Assembly: GCA_964434475.1 (NCBI GenBank)
Contig: CAYSVS010000002.1
Coordinates: forward strand, 7,604 to 71,603
Direction of reading: 5' to 3'
From: an uncultured Methanosarcinales archaeon
GTDB taxonomy: Archaea; Nanobdellota; Nanobdellia; Woesearchaeales; CAYSVS01
Length of the DNA: 64,000 bases
Shown: one piece after another, positions 19,692 to 27,857 of the stretch
Layout of the letters: each line of letters begins with the position of its first letter
Position numbering within the stretch: the first letter of the stretch is position 1
The notes under the pieces: model-generated
Told to the model about the DNA's origin: nothing
Database searches by the model: none
Seen by the model: only the letters and a program-made list of their open reading frames with translations
Translations under genes and position numbers: made by a program

Positions 19692-20242
19692 AAAAGACAA
19701 AAAGACATACAATTGGATATAGAAGAAAAAGGGAAGGAAAAACAAACTACAAAAAAAGGCTTAACATGCTAAAGTCTGGAAAAATTAGGTTTGTAGTAAG
19801 AAAAAGCCTTAACAATCTTACAGTACAATTAGTAGAATTCAGTCCAAAAGGAGATAAAGTGCTTGCAAGCAGCCACAGTAGAGAGCTTGAAAAATACGGA
19901 TGGAAAGCAATCAGATCAAATCTTCCTACAGCATATCTTACGGGTCTGTTAACAGGAAGAAAAGCAGTAAAAAAAGATATAAAAGAAGCTATTCTCGATG
20001 CAGGATTCTATAGTTCGATAAAAGGATCAAAGATATATACTGCAGTAAAAGGAGCACTGGATGCAGGATTAAAAATAAATGTAGACGAAAAGATACTACC
20101 AGACGAAAAAAGGATTTCAGGAAAACATATTGCAGATTATAAAGGAAATGAAAAAGATAATCAGTTCAAAAAATATGAGATTGATGTTTCAAGTATACCT
20201 AAACTGTTTGAAGATGTCAAAGCTAAGATCTTAAAGGTGTAA
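19688..20242 (+). CDS. rpl18: 50S ribosomal protein L18 (uL18)
   Basis: The L18/L5e signature is present (RRKREGKTNYKKRLNMLKSGKIRFVVRKS). Confidence 0.9.
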   Translation: MKKTKRHTIGYRRKREGKTNYKKRLNMLKSGKIRFVVRKSLNNLTVQLVEFSPKGDKVLASSHSRELEKYGWKAIRSNLPTAYLTGLLTGRKAVKKDIKEAILDAGFYSSIKGSKIYTAVKGALDAGLKINVDEKILPDEKRISGKHIADYKGNEKDNQFKKYEIDVSSIPKLFEDVKAKILKV

Positions 20243-20244
20243 AA

Positions 20245-21147
20245 ATGGTCGAAGAAGAAAATAAAGAAAAAACAGAAATAAAGGAAGAGAAGAAAGAAGA
20301 TTTAGATAAAAAAACAACCCAAAAAGAGAATAACAAAGATAATAGCACTAAAGCAAAAGACAAGAAAGGCACAGAAGAAGTCATGGAAAAAGGCACAGAA
20401 TCTCCTGAAGAAAGAAAAAGATTAGAAAGAAAAAAAGGGAATTTTGACAAAACAGGATGGAATCCAAAAACTTCATTGGGCAAAAAAATAAAAAATGGAG
20501 ATATAAAAGATATAGAAGTATTGCTTGACAAAGGCTATAAGATATTGGAACCAGAAATAGTAGATACCCTCATTCCTGAATTAGAAACAGAATTGTTGTT
20601 GATAGGCCAATCAAAAGGTAAATTTGGCGGCGGTCAAAGAAGAGTGTTTAAACAAACACAGAAAAAAACAAGAGAAGGAAACAAACCTAAATTCGCAACC
20701 TATGGTTTAGTAGGAAATAAGAACGGAATAGTAGGTATAGGTTATGGAAAAAGCAAAGAGACTGTACCTGCAAGAGAGAAAGCGATAAGATCCGCTAAAC
20801 TCAATATAATCAAGATAAGAAGAGGCTGCGGTTCATGGGAATGCGGATGCAGAGAACCTCATACTATCCCTTTTATGGTCAAAGGTAAATGTGGATCAGT
20901 GAAGATAGAACTTTTTCCAGCACCAAAAGGTACAGGATTGGTCGCTGAAAAAGAATGTCAAAAAATATTAGAGATGGCAGGAGTAAAAGATATATGGTCA
21001 AAAAGCTTCGGGAAAACAACAAGCAAGATAAATATGGTAAATGCTTGTATCGAAGCGCTAAAAAAATTGATGAGTTCAAAGATAAGGCCGGAACAAATAG
21101 AAAAGATAGGCATTATCGAAGGAGCTTTAAAGCAAAAGGTTGAATAA
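20245..21147 (+). CDS. rps5: 30S ribosomal protein S5 (uS5) with Lys/Glu-rich N-terminal extension
   Basis: A roughly 70-aa K/E-rich N-terminal extension precedes the S5 dsRBD-like and C-terminal domains (GRRVFKQTQKKTREGN…GIVGIGYGKSKE). Confidence 0.9.
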   Translation: MVEEENKEKTEIKEEKKEDLDKKTTQKENNKDNSTKAKDKKGTEEVMEKGTESPEERKRLERKKGNFDKTGWNPKTSLGKKIKNGDIKDIEVLLDKGYKILEPEIVDTLIPELETELLLIGQSKGKFGGGQRRVFKQTQKKTREGNKPKFATYGLVGNKNGIVGIGYGKSKETVPAREKAIRSAKLNIIKIRRGCGSWECGCREPHTIPFMVKGKCGSVKIELFPAPKGTGLVAEKECQKILEMAGVKDIWSKSFGKTTSKINMVNACIEALKKLMSSKIRPEQIEKIGIIEGALKQKVE

Positions 21148-21580
21148 GATGTCAGATAAGATGCTTGCAGCTATAAGGATAAGAGGAATGGTAGGAGTTG
21201 ATGTAAATATCAACAAGACACTGGAAATGCTTAGATTAAACAGAAAAAACGTATGTGTTGTAATGAAAGATACTCCTAGCATAAGAGGAATGCTTAATAA
21301 AGTAAAAGATTATATCACTTGGGGAGAAATAGATGAAGAGACATATAAATCATTAGTAGAAAAAAGAGGAGAAGAATACAAAGGCCTTTTGGAATCAAAA
21401 AACATAAAATATTCTGATAAATATAAAGAAGTGGACGGTAAAAAAATAAAACCATATTTCAGACTCTCACCACCTAAGGGAGGCTTTGAAAGAAAAGGTA
21501 TCAAAACCTCTTATATAAGAGGAGGAGCCTTGGGTTATAGAAAAGAAAAAATGAAAGAACTTATAATGAGAATGATATAA
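21140..21580 (+). CDS. rpl30: 50S ribosomal protein L30 (uL30)
   Basis: The L30 ferredoxin-like core is present (MLAAIRIRGMVGVDVNINKTLEMLRLNRKN). Confidence 0.88.
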   Translation: MNKMSDKMLAAIRIRGMVGVDVNINKTLEMLRLNRKNVCVVMKDTPSIRGMLNKVKDYITWGEIDEETYKSLVEKRGEEYKGLLESKNIKYSDKYKEVDGKKIKPYFRLSPPKGGFERKGIKTSYIRGGALGYRKEKMKELIMRMI

Positions 21581-21581
21581 A

Positions 21582-22085
21582 ATGACTGTCAATAAAAGAA
21601 GTAAAAACAGCAGGCAAAGAGGAAGCTGCACGCACGGATGGGGTTCTATGAAAAAACACAGAGGTGCAGGAAGCAGAGGCGGAAAAGGCAGAGCTGGAAG
21701 CGGGAAACGAGCAGATACAAAAAAAACTACCTTATGGAAAAATAAAGAAAAACCAGGTAAAACAGGCTTCACTTCTATATGCGGAAAAAAAGTTAATACT
21801 ATAACTATTTCAGATCTTGAACAACATCACAAAAAGTATGAGGAAAAAAATGGAATACTAGATGTTAATCTTAATAAATTAGGATATGATAAACTACTAA
21901 GCAACGGAATAGTAAAGCATAAGTTCAGTATCAAAATTGATCGATATTCTAAAAAAGCTAAAGAAAAGATAGAAAATGCAGGCGGAGAGATTATAGAAAG
22001 TACGCAAGAAAAAAAAACTTGCAAAACTAATAAATCTCAACCAAAAGAAGAATCTGTTGAAAAATCTGAAGTTAAGGAAAAATAA
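21582..22085 (+). CDS. rpl15: 50S ribosomal protein L15 (uL15)
   Basis: The Gly/Arg-rich L15 N-terminus (RQRGSCTHGWGSMKKHRGAGSRGGKGRAGSGKR) precedes secY. Confidence 0.9.
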   Translation: MTVNKRSKNSRQRGSCTHGWGSMKKHRGAGSRGGKGRAGSGKRADTKKTTLWKNKEKPGKTGFTSICGKKVNTITISDLEQHHKKYEEKNGILDVNLNKLGYDKLLSNGIVKHKFSIKIDRYSKKAKEKIENAGGEIIESTQEKKTCKTNKSQPKEESVEKSEVKEK

Positions 22086-22141
22086 ACAATTCTAACCGAT
22101 ACATTTTTAAATGAATAGATAAATCTTTTTCACGAGGTGTT

Positions 22142-23542
22142 ATGATGTCGTTTTGGGACGGAGTGATGGCTAATCTACCTGAAGTATCAGGACCTAAACA
22201 GAAAAGATTATCGTTCAAAGAAAAAATAAAATGGACAGGGATTATTCTTGTATTATATTTTATATTAGGTTTAATACCATTATTCGGTCTTGGAGAAAAT
22301 GCATTATCAAGATTCCAATATTTGTCGATAATCTTAGGTGCTAAATTTGGAAGTATAATATCTTTGGGTATAGGGCCAATAGTAACAGCTTCTATCGTAT
22401 TGCAATTGCTGAACGGTTCAGGAATAATAAAGATGGACCTTACATCCCAAAATGGCAAGAAAAAATTTCAAGGATGGCAAAAGATACTAGCTATATTTTT
22501 CATAATTTTTGAGGCTGCAATATACGTGTTTATGGGAGGATTAGCACCTGCGGCAGGTATTGCAGGATATTCAACATTTCAATTATTACTGATATTCCAA
22601 TTGATTCTTGGTGGATTATTGATAATGTTTATGGACGAGGTTATAAGCAAGTGGGGCTTCGGGTCAGGATTAAGCTTGTTCATCGCAGCAGGAGTAAGCC
22701 AGACTATATTTGTAAGATTATTAAGCCCTTTTACTAACGCGAACGTTTTAGGATGGCCTTTCGGAGAAGGCGCACCTGTCGGTAAACTGCTTGAGCTTTT
22801 CTATGCTTTGTCTATAGGCGATCCTACTACAGCAGGATTGGCATTTGCTACTATAACAGCAACAGCTTTGGTTTTTGCAGTATGCGTATATGCACAATCT
22901 ATGAAAATTGAGATCCCTTTGAGTTTTGGAAGGATCAGAGGACACGGAATAAGATGGCCTTTAAATTTCTTATATACTTCAAATATTCCAGTTATATTAG
23001 TTGCAGCTTTAATGGCAAACGTACAATTATGGGCAAGGCTGCTTCAAAACTGGGGATATCCTATATTAGGAACATTTACAGGACAAACACCTGCAACAGG
23101 ATTTGTCTCATGGGTTTACGCACCCTCTGTAGTACACAAATTCTTTACAGGAAGCCTTGTATTCAGTGATATGCTTCATGCACTCAGCTATATGTTCTTT
23201 ATGGTGGTAGGAGCAGTAATATTCTCTATTTTCTGGGTGCAAACAAGCGGAATGGATTCAAAAAGCCAAGCTAAACAGATAATGTCTTCAGGTCTACAGA
23301 TTCCTGGATTCAGAAAAGATCAAAGGGTATTAGAAAGATTGTTGGATAGATACATATGGCCTTTGACTGTAATGGGAGGTATTACTGTAGGGGTTTTGGC
23401 AGCAGTAGCAGACATAAGCGAAGCACTAGGTACAGGAACAGGTATTTTGTTAACAGTCATGATAGTATACAAACTATATGAAGAAATTGCTAAACAACAC
23501 ATGATGGATATGCACCCTATGATGAGGAAGATGATGGAATAA
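22142..23542 (+). CDS. secY: preprotein translocase subunit SecY (Sec61alpha)
   Basis: A 466-aa protein with about 10 TM helices in the conserved position after L15. The sequence is SecY-like throughout. Confidence 0.93.
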   Translation: MMSFWDGVMANLPEVSGPKQKRLSFKEKIKWTGIILVLYFILGLIPLFGLGENALSRFQYLSIILGAKFGSIISLGIGPIVTASIVLQLLNGSGIIKMDLTSQNGKKKFQGWQKILAIFFIIFEAAIYVFMGGLAPAAGIAGYSTFQLLLIFQLILGGLLIMFMDEVISKWGFGSGLSLFIAAGVSQTIFVRLLSPFTNANVLGWPFGEGAPVGKLLELFYALSIGDPTTAGLAFATITATALVFAVCVYAQSMKIEIPLSFGRIRGHGIRWPLNFLYTSNIPVILVAALMANVQLWARLLQNWGYPILGTFTGQTPATGFVSWVYAPSVVHKFFTGSLVFSDMLHALSYMFFMVVGAVIFSIFWVQTSGMDSKSQAKQIMSSGLQIPGFRKDQRVLERLLDRYIWPLTVMGGITVGVLAAVADISEALGTGTGILLTVMIVYKLYEEIAKQHMMDMHPMMRKMME

Positions 23543-23543
23543 A

Positions 23544-24284
23544 ATGGTGCTGTTAGATCCTATCCTAAATCCTTTGTTGGAATTAAACCCGTTAGTTGCA
23601 CTAATAATCATTTCTGGAATAATTGCCTTGTTTATGACAATCATATACAAGTGGATGACTGATCAAGAATTGATGAAAGTTCTAAAAGCAGATATGAAAA
23701 AATTTCAGAAAGAGATGAAAGAATTACGAGAACATCCTGACAAGATGATAGAAGCACAGAAAAAAGCGATGGAAACCAATATGAAATATATGAAACAAAG
23801 CTTTAAACCTACTTTGGTTACATTGCTGCCAGTATTGTTGATATTCGGATGGCTTAATGCGCATCTAGCTTTTATGCCTATTGTTCCAGCACAAGAATTC
23901 GGCACTTATGTAGAGTTTCAAGAAGGAGCATCAGGAAGTATAGAGATAATACCTCCAGAAGGATTCAAATTATTATCTGGAAAGGTTGTTGATATAAAGA
24001 ATTCAAGAGCGTTCTGGAAGCTTAAAGGTCCTACGGGAAGGCATATGATAGAATACAATTATAATAACATAACATATAACAAGAATGTATTAATCACCAA
24101 TACTCAAAATTATGAAGAGCCAGTAAAAGAAATAGATAAAAACAATATCAAAACAATCAACATAGATAATAAGCCAATGAAACCTTTGAATATCTTTGGA
24201 TGGGAAATAGGATGGCTTGGCACTTACATCATATTCTCTATAATATTCAGTATGACATTGAGAAAAATTTTGAAACTACATTGA
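23544..24284 (+). CDS. DUF106 family membrane protein (archaeal Oxa1/YidC/EMC3-like insertase homolog) with an extra-membrane insertion
   Basis: TM1 is followed by a basic coiled-coil (MKKFQKEMKELREHPDKMIEAQKKAMETNMKYMKQ), then TM2 and a C-terminal TM3. This is the conserved position downstream of secY. A roughly 110-aa hydrophilic insert lies between TM2 and TM3. Confidence 0.65.
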   Translation: MVLLDPILNPLLELNPLVALIIISGIIALFMTIIYKWMTDQELMKVLKADMKKFQKEMKELREHPDKMIEAQKKAMETNMKYMKQSFKPTLVTLLPVLLIFGWLNAHLAFMPIVPAQEFGTYVEFQEGASGSIEIIPPEGFKLLSGKVVDIKNSRAFWKLKGPTGRHMIEYNYNNITYNKNVLITNTQNYEEPVKEIDKNNIKTINIDNKPMKPLNIFGWEIGWLGTYIIFSIIFSMTLRKILKLH

Positions 24285-24370
24285 AAGTATATCTAATATT
24301 ACAGTAACCTTTATAAATAAGTCCTTTTTCTCTTGAACTGTACCGATTGGGTAATTCACGAGGTTAAAAA

Positions 24371-24634
24371 ATGGTAGAAGGAAAGAAAAAATCAAGATCA
24401 TTGAAGCGTATTAAAAGAAAAACACCAGGGAAAAAAACTGTTACCCATTATAGAAGAAAAACTCCGAATGTTGCAAAATGTGCAAAATGCGGAAATGAGC
24501 TTAAGGGAATACCTAGACTAAGATCTGCAAAATTAAAAAACACCACAAAAAGTCAAAAAAGTGTTGCAAGACCTTACGGAGGAAACCTTTGCTCCAAGTG
24601 TATGAGAACAGTAATTAAAGAAAAACACCAATAA
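24371..24634 (+). CDS. rpl34e: 50S ribosomal protein L34e (eL34)
   Basis: A CxxC…CxxC zinc ribbon and a basic sequence typical of L34e (HYRRKTPNVAKCAKCGNEL…CSKCMR). Confidence 0.88.
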   Translation: MVEGKKKSRSLKRIKRKTPGKKTVTHYRRKTPNVAKCAKCGNELKGIPRLRSAKLKNTTKSQKSVARPYGGNLCSKCMRTVIKEKHQ

Positions 24635-24742
24635 ACAATAAGAAATAGCCGCTTTAAACTTATAAGTTCATACGGCAACGATGAGCTGTTGTTTTAAGAG
24701 ACTATAGCAAGGCTATTTCTATATCTTAGGAGGATAATAAAA

Positions 24743-25165
24743 ATGATGAAAATAGGAAGATTATGTGTCAAGATAGCAGGCAGGGATGCTGACAAAAAAT
24801 GCGTTATTGTAGATGTTCTAGGAGATAATATGGTTATGATTGACGGCCAAACAAGAAGAAGAAAGTGTAATGTAAAGCATCTTGAGCCTTTGGAAACAAA
24901 GATAGATATAAAGAAAGGTGCAGACCACAACGCAATTGTTGAAGAATTCAAAATTTTGAAAATTCCTGTTTTGGAAAGAAAATCAAAAGAAAGAAAAGAA
25001 AAACCTAAGAAACAAAGAAAGTCAACCATGAAAGAGAAAAAACCTAAGAAAGAGAAAAAGAAAACAGCTAAAGCAGAGATAAAAAAAGAAAAAAAAGAAG
25101 AGAATACAGAGAAAAAAACTGATAAAAAGGATGAAAAAACAGATAAGAAAGATAAAAAGCAATAA
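24743..25165 (+). CDS. rpl14e: 50S ribosomal protein L14e (eL14) with Lys/Glu-rich C-terminal extension
   Basis: A KOW-like N-terminus (MMKIGRLCVKIAGRDADKKCVIVDVL) is followed by a roughly 70-aa K/E-rich tail. A GGAGGA Shine-Dalgarno sequence lies upstream. Confidence 0.85.
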   Translation: MMKIGRLCVKIAGRDADKKCVIVDVLGDNMVMIDGQTRRRKCNVKHLEPLETKIDIKKGADHNAIVEEFKILKIPVLERKSKERKEKPKKQRKSTMKEKKPKKEKKKTAKAEIKKEKKEENTEKKTDKKDEKTDKKDKKQ

Positions 25166-25199
25166 GCTTTTATTTATTCTTTTTCTAAATTAATTAAAT

Positions 25200-25976
25200 A
25201 TGGCGATAAGATTTGATACGCATATGCACACTGAACATTCTCCCTGTAGCATACTTACTATAGAGACTTTGGTCAGAACTGCATATGAAAAAGGTTTGCA
25301 AGAGATTGTTATTACAGACCACAATACATCAGAAGGAGCATTAGATGCAAAACTTTTTTCTCAAGCAGCAGATATAGATATTAAAGTTCACTTAGGGATA
25401 GAATTAAATACAGAATTTGGAGAATTAAATGTTAGTTTTCTTTCATATAAAGAATGCCAAAAGTTTGAGGGTATAAATAAAAAAAAAGAAAAGTTTGAGT
25501 TCAAAAAAATATATGAAACAATAAAAAAGATAAAAGATAACAAAACTGAAATGCTCATATGCCTAAACCACCCATATTCTTTATCTAAATGGAGCAAAAG
25601 AAGAGGTTTTAATTTTAAAGGAATCATAGAAACAGGGATGTTTAAAAATATGGAAGACCTTATGGAATTCTTTGACTATACAGAGATAAACACAAGCAAC
25701 ATATGTAAAGAAGATACAGATAAAGCCATAGGACTTGCTGAAAGATTCAAGATACCTTTAGTATGTGCAACAGATACTCACTTTAAGGAACAGATAGGAG
25801 AACACTATAGCATAGGATTCGAAAAGAGCACTAGAGAATCAATCATAACAAATAATATAGATAACAGTTGTGTACACAAAAAAATAAACTACAGTAAAAA
25901 TAAAAAATATAGAACAATAAGTGGAATTTTAAAAAAAGGAGCTAAACTTTTTATGCCTTATTTTTCTTATCAATAA
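25200..25976 (+). CDS. PHP-domain metal-dependent phosphoesterase
   Basis: The PHP motif I (DTHMHTEHSPCS) and motif II (VITDHNT) are present, along with later His and Asp residues. Confidence 0.75.
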   Translation: MAIRFDTHMHTEHSPCSILTIETLVRTAYEKGLQEIVITDHNTSEGALDAKLFSQAADIDIKVHLGIELNTEFGELNVSFLSYKECQKFEGINKKKEKFEFKKIYETIKKIKDNKTEMLICLNHPYSLSKWSKRRGFNFKGIIETGMFKNMEDLMEFFDYTEINTSNICKEDTDKAIGLAERFKIPLVCATDTHFKEQIGEHYSIGFEKSTRESIITNNIDNSCVHKKINYSKNKKYRTISGILKKGAKLFMPYFSYQ

Positions 25977-27612
25977 TATCAAAGATTTCAGTTAAATTAA
26001 GCTCAAGCGCAGCAACAGGATAATCTAACTCCCAATTTGCAAGTACTTGAGGATGAATCTCTCCCAGATATGCAACTTTTACACCCTGCACTACAGCTCT
26101 TCCAACCCTTCCGTCTATAAAAGAGGGATGCTCCACTTCTTCTATCTCGAATTCAAGATCCAAAGCAGACATAAGAACGTCTAAAATCTGTCTTATCTTG
26201 GTATAGTCCATCACTATATCGGTTAAAGCGACAGCTACCCTGGTAAATTCTTCAATGTTTGTTTCAAACTTATTGTTTTCCTTAAATGCTGTTCCTATTG
26301 TGAAAATATTTTGAGGATATTCGTTGTGTTTATTCTCAGATAATATTTGTATGGTGTTAGGGATAAGCCATGAACGTAAGACATTATAGTCTGCATTCAA
26401 CGCATTAGCCAACTTCACACAAGGTATCTCTATATTCATCTTTTGGTTAAGATTATCTATGTTTGTTATATTGAATGTATCGCATTCAAGCAAACCTAAT
26501 CCCGCCAATATTTCTGATACTTTTCTTTTAAATACTTCAAACTTGTTCTCTTCGCCTATTGTTGAAACATTAGGAATATCTGGAACAAAATTTTCATAAC
26601 CATACGCTATTGCAATATCTTCAACAAAATCAACCTGATGCATTATATCTGCCCTGTATGCAGGCACCAGCACTTTAGATTTTTCATAACCGAAACCCAT
26701 CTTTTCAAGAAGATTTTTCAAATCTTTCTTGTTAAGGTTAAGACCTAAAAGGCCGTTAACAAAATCTAAGTCTATATTCCATTTTTTTGGTTCTAGATTA
26801 GGAGTAACTATTTTCTTAGCATACATAACATCCACTGAGTATATATCTCCGCCCATATCACATAATGAAGTTACAATAATATTCAAGCAAATTTCCAAAA
26901 TATCAATATCAAAACCAGAACATTCTATGAATACTTCTTTAGTCTCTTCACTTACTTTTCCTGTTTTATGGCTGTTGATTATAGGAGGCATGGATAATAT
27001 CTCTTTGTTTGCGTCCAAAAAAATAGGAAACTTGTCTTTCCCTTCCAAGAGGTGAGCATATTCCCTGCCTGCAGGATGCTGACTAAGTATCTGAAGGCCA
27101 GTAATCTCTTTTGGCATCTCTAAAGGCTGAAAGATAATATCTTTAGGTTTTTTTGCAGTATATGTAATAGGAAATTTTATAGATTCCATAGGATATATGC
27201 CTATAGCGCCTTTTTTTCTTTTCCTGCATAAGGTTACGTGAAGCTTTTCCTGTATCTGTATTATCTCTCGTATCTTCTCGTCGTTTAATCTTAGATTCTT
27301 TACAACAGCACAAACAGTGTAAGGTCTTACTGATTTTACAGAATCGTCAACTTTAACCTTGTAATCTTGTTTTTTTACCTTATATTTTCTTAATCCTTTT
27401 TTTATCCCTATAAACGAACTGAATGCGCGTGCAAAACCTTGTTCGCTTAGCATGTCTGGACGGTTTGGAAAAACCTCTACAACAATCTCATTGTCTTCAA
27501 TCTTCTCTAAATCTGTTCCAAGCATGCTTATCCTGTCTTTTAGTTTATCGACAGACAGTTTCTTTCCGACAAGTTTTTCAAAAACCTTTTTGTTTAAATT
27601 TACTGTAGGCAT
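25951..27612 (-). CDS. pheT: phenylalanine--tRNA ligase beta subunit (archaeal type)
   Basis: The archaeal PheT N-terminal B1/B5 region reads MPTVNLNKKVFEKLVGKKLSVDKLKDRISMLGTDLE…FPNRPDM, and the C-terminal catalytic-like domain is present. Confidence 0.88.
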   Translation of the reverse strand: MPTVNLNKKVFEKLVGKKLSVDKLKDRISMLGTDLEKIEDNEIVVEVFPNRPDMLSEQGFARAFSSFIGIKKGLRKYKVKKQDYKVKVDDSVKSVRPYTVCAVVKNLRLNDEKIREIIQIQEKLHVTLCRKRKKGAIGIYPMESIKFPITYTAKKPKDIIFQPLEMPKEITGLQILSQHPAGREYAHLLEGKDKFPIFLDANKEILSMPPIINSHKTGKVSEETKEVFIECSGFDIDILEICLNIIVTSLCDMGGDIYSVDVMYAKKIVTPNLEPKKWNIDLDFVNGLLGLNLNKKDLKNLLEKMGFGYEKSKVLVPAYRADIMHQVDFVEDIAIAYGYENFVPDIPNVSTIGEENKFEVFKRKVSEILAGLGLLECDTFNITNIDNLNQKMNIEIPCVKLANALNADYNVLRSWLIPNTIQILSENKHNEYPQNIFTIGTAFKENNKFETNIEEFTRVAVALTDIVMDYTKIRQILDVLMSALDLEFEIEEVEHPSFIDGRVGRAVVQGVKVAYLGEIHPQVLANWELDYPVAALELNLTEIFDIIDKKNKA

Positions 27613-27852
27613 CTAAATTGCTCCTCCTGCGATATGAATAATATGCTTTAAAATAGCTCCAGGTCCTAAATATTTTTGACCACTAGAGTCTATTGAAAAT
27701 AAGGTTCCAAAAAATATTGATTCTATAAATACGATCATCGATACTTTTGATACAAACCAATTTGATTGAGCGTAGTTAACATATTTAGAAATCTTTTCGA
27801 AAAAATCCTTAGGCTCAAACATTATTTTTTTGTATTTTTCATAAGATTTCAT
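27613..27852 (-). CDS. small hypothetical membrane protein inserted between pheS and pheT
   Basis: A 79-aa ORF whose ATG start at 27852 lies 5 nt after the pheS stop and whose own stop abuts the pheT start. It has one hydrophobic segment (VSMIVFIESIFFGTLF). Confidence 0.4.
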   Translation of the reverse strand: MKSYEKYKKIMFEPKDFFEKISKYVNYAQSNWFVSKVSMIVFIESIFFGTLFSIDSSGQKYLGPGAILKHIIHIAGGAI

Positions 27853-27857
27853 TTTAT

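Noticed and set aside
9146-21772. Numerous 60-180-aa ORFs antisense to or overlapping ribosomal-protein and other housekeeping genes (e.g. 10206-10403, 11302-11688, 16938-17480, 17455-17793, 19256-19708, 21467-21772)
   Set aside because: They are contained within well-supported conserved genes on the opposite strand or frame, have hydrophobic low-complexity translations, and have no start context.
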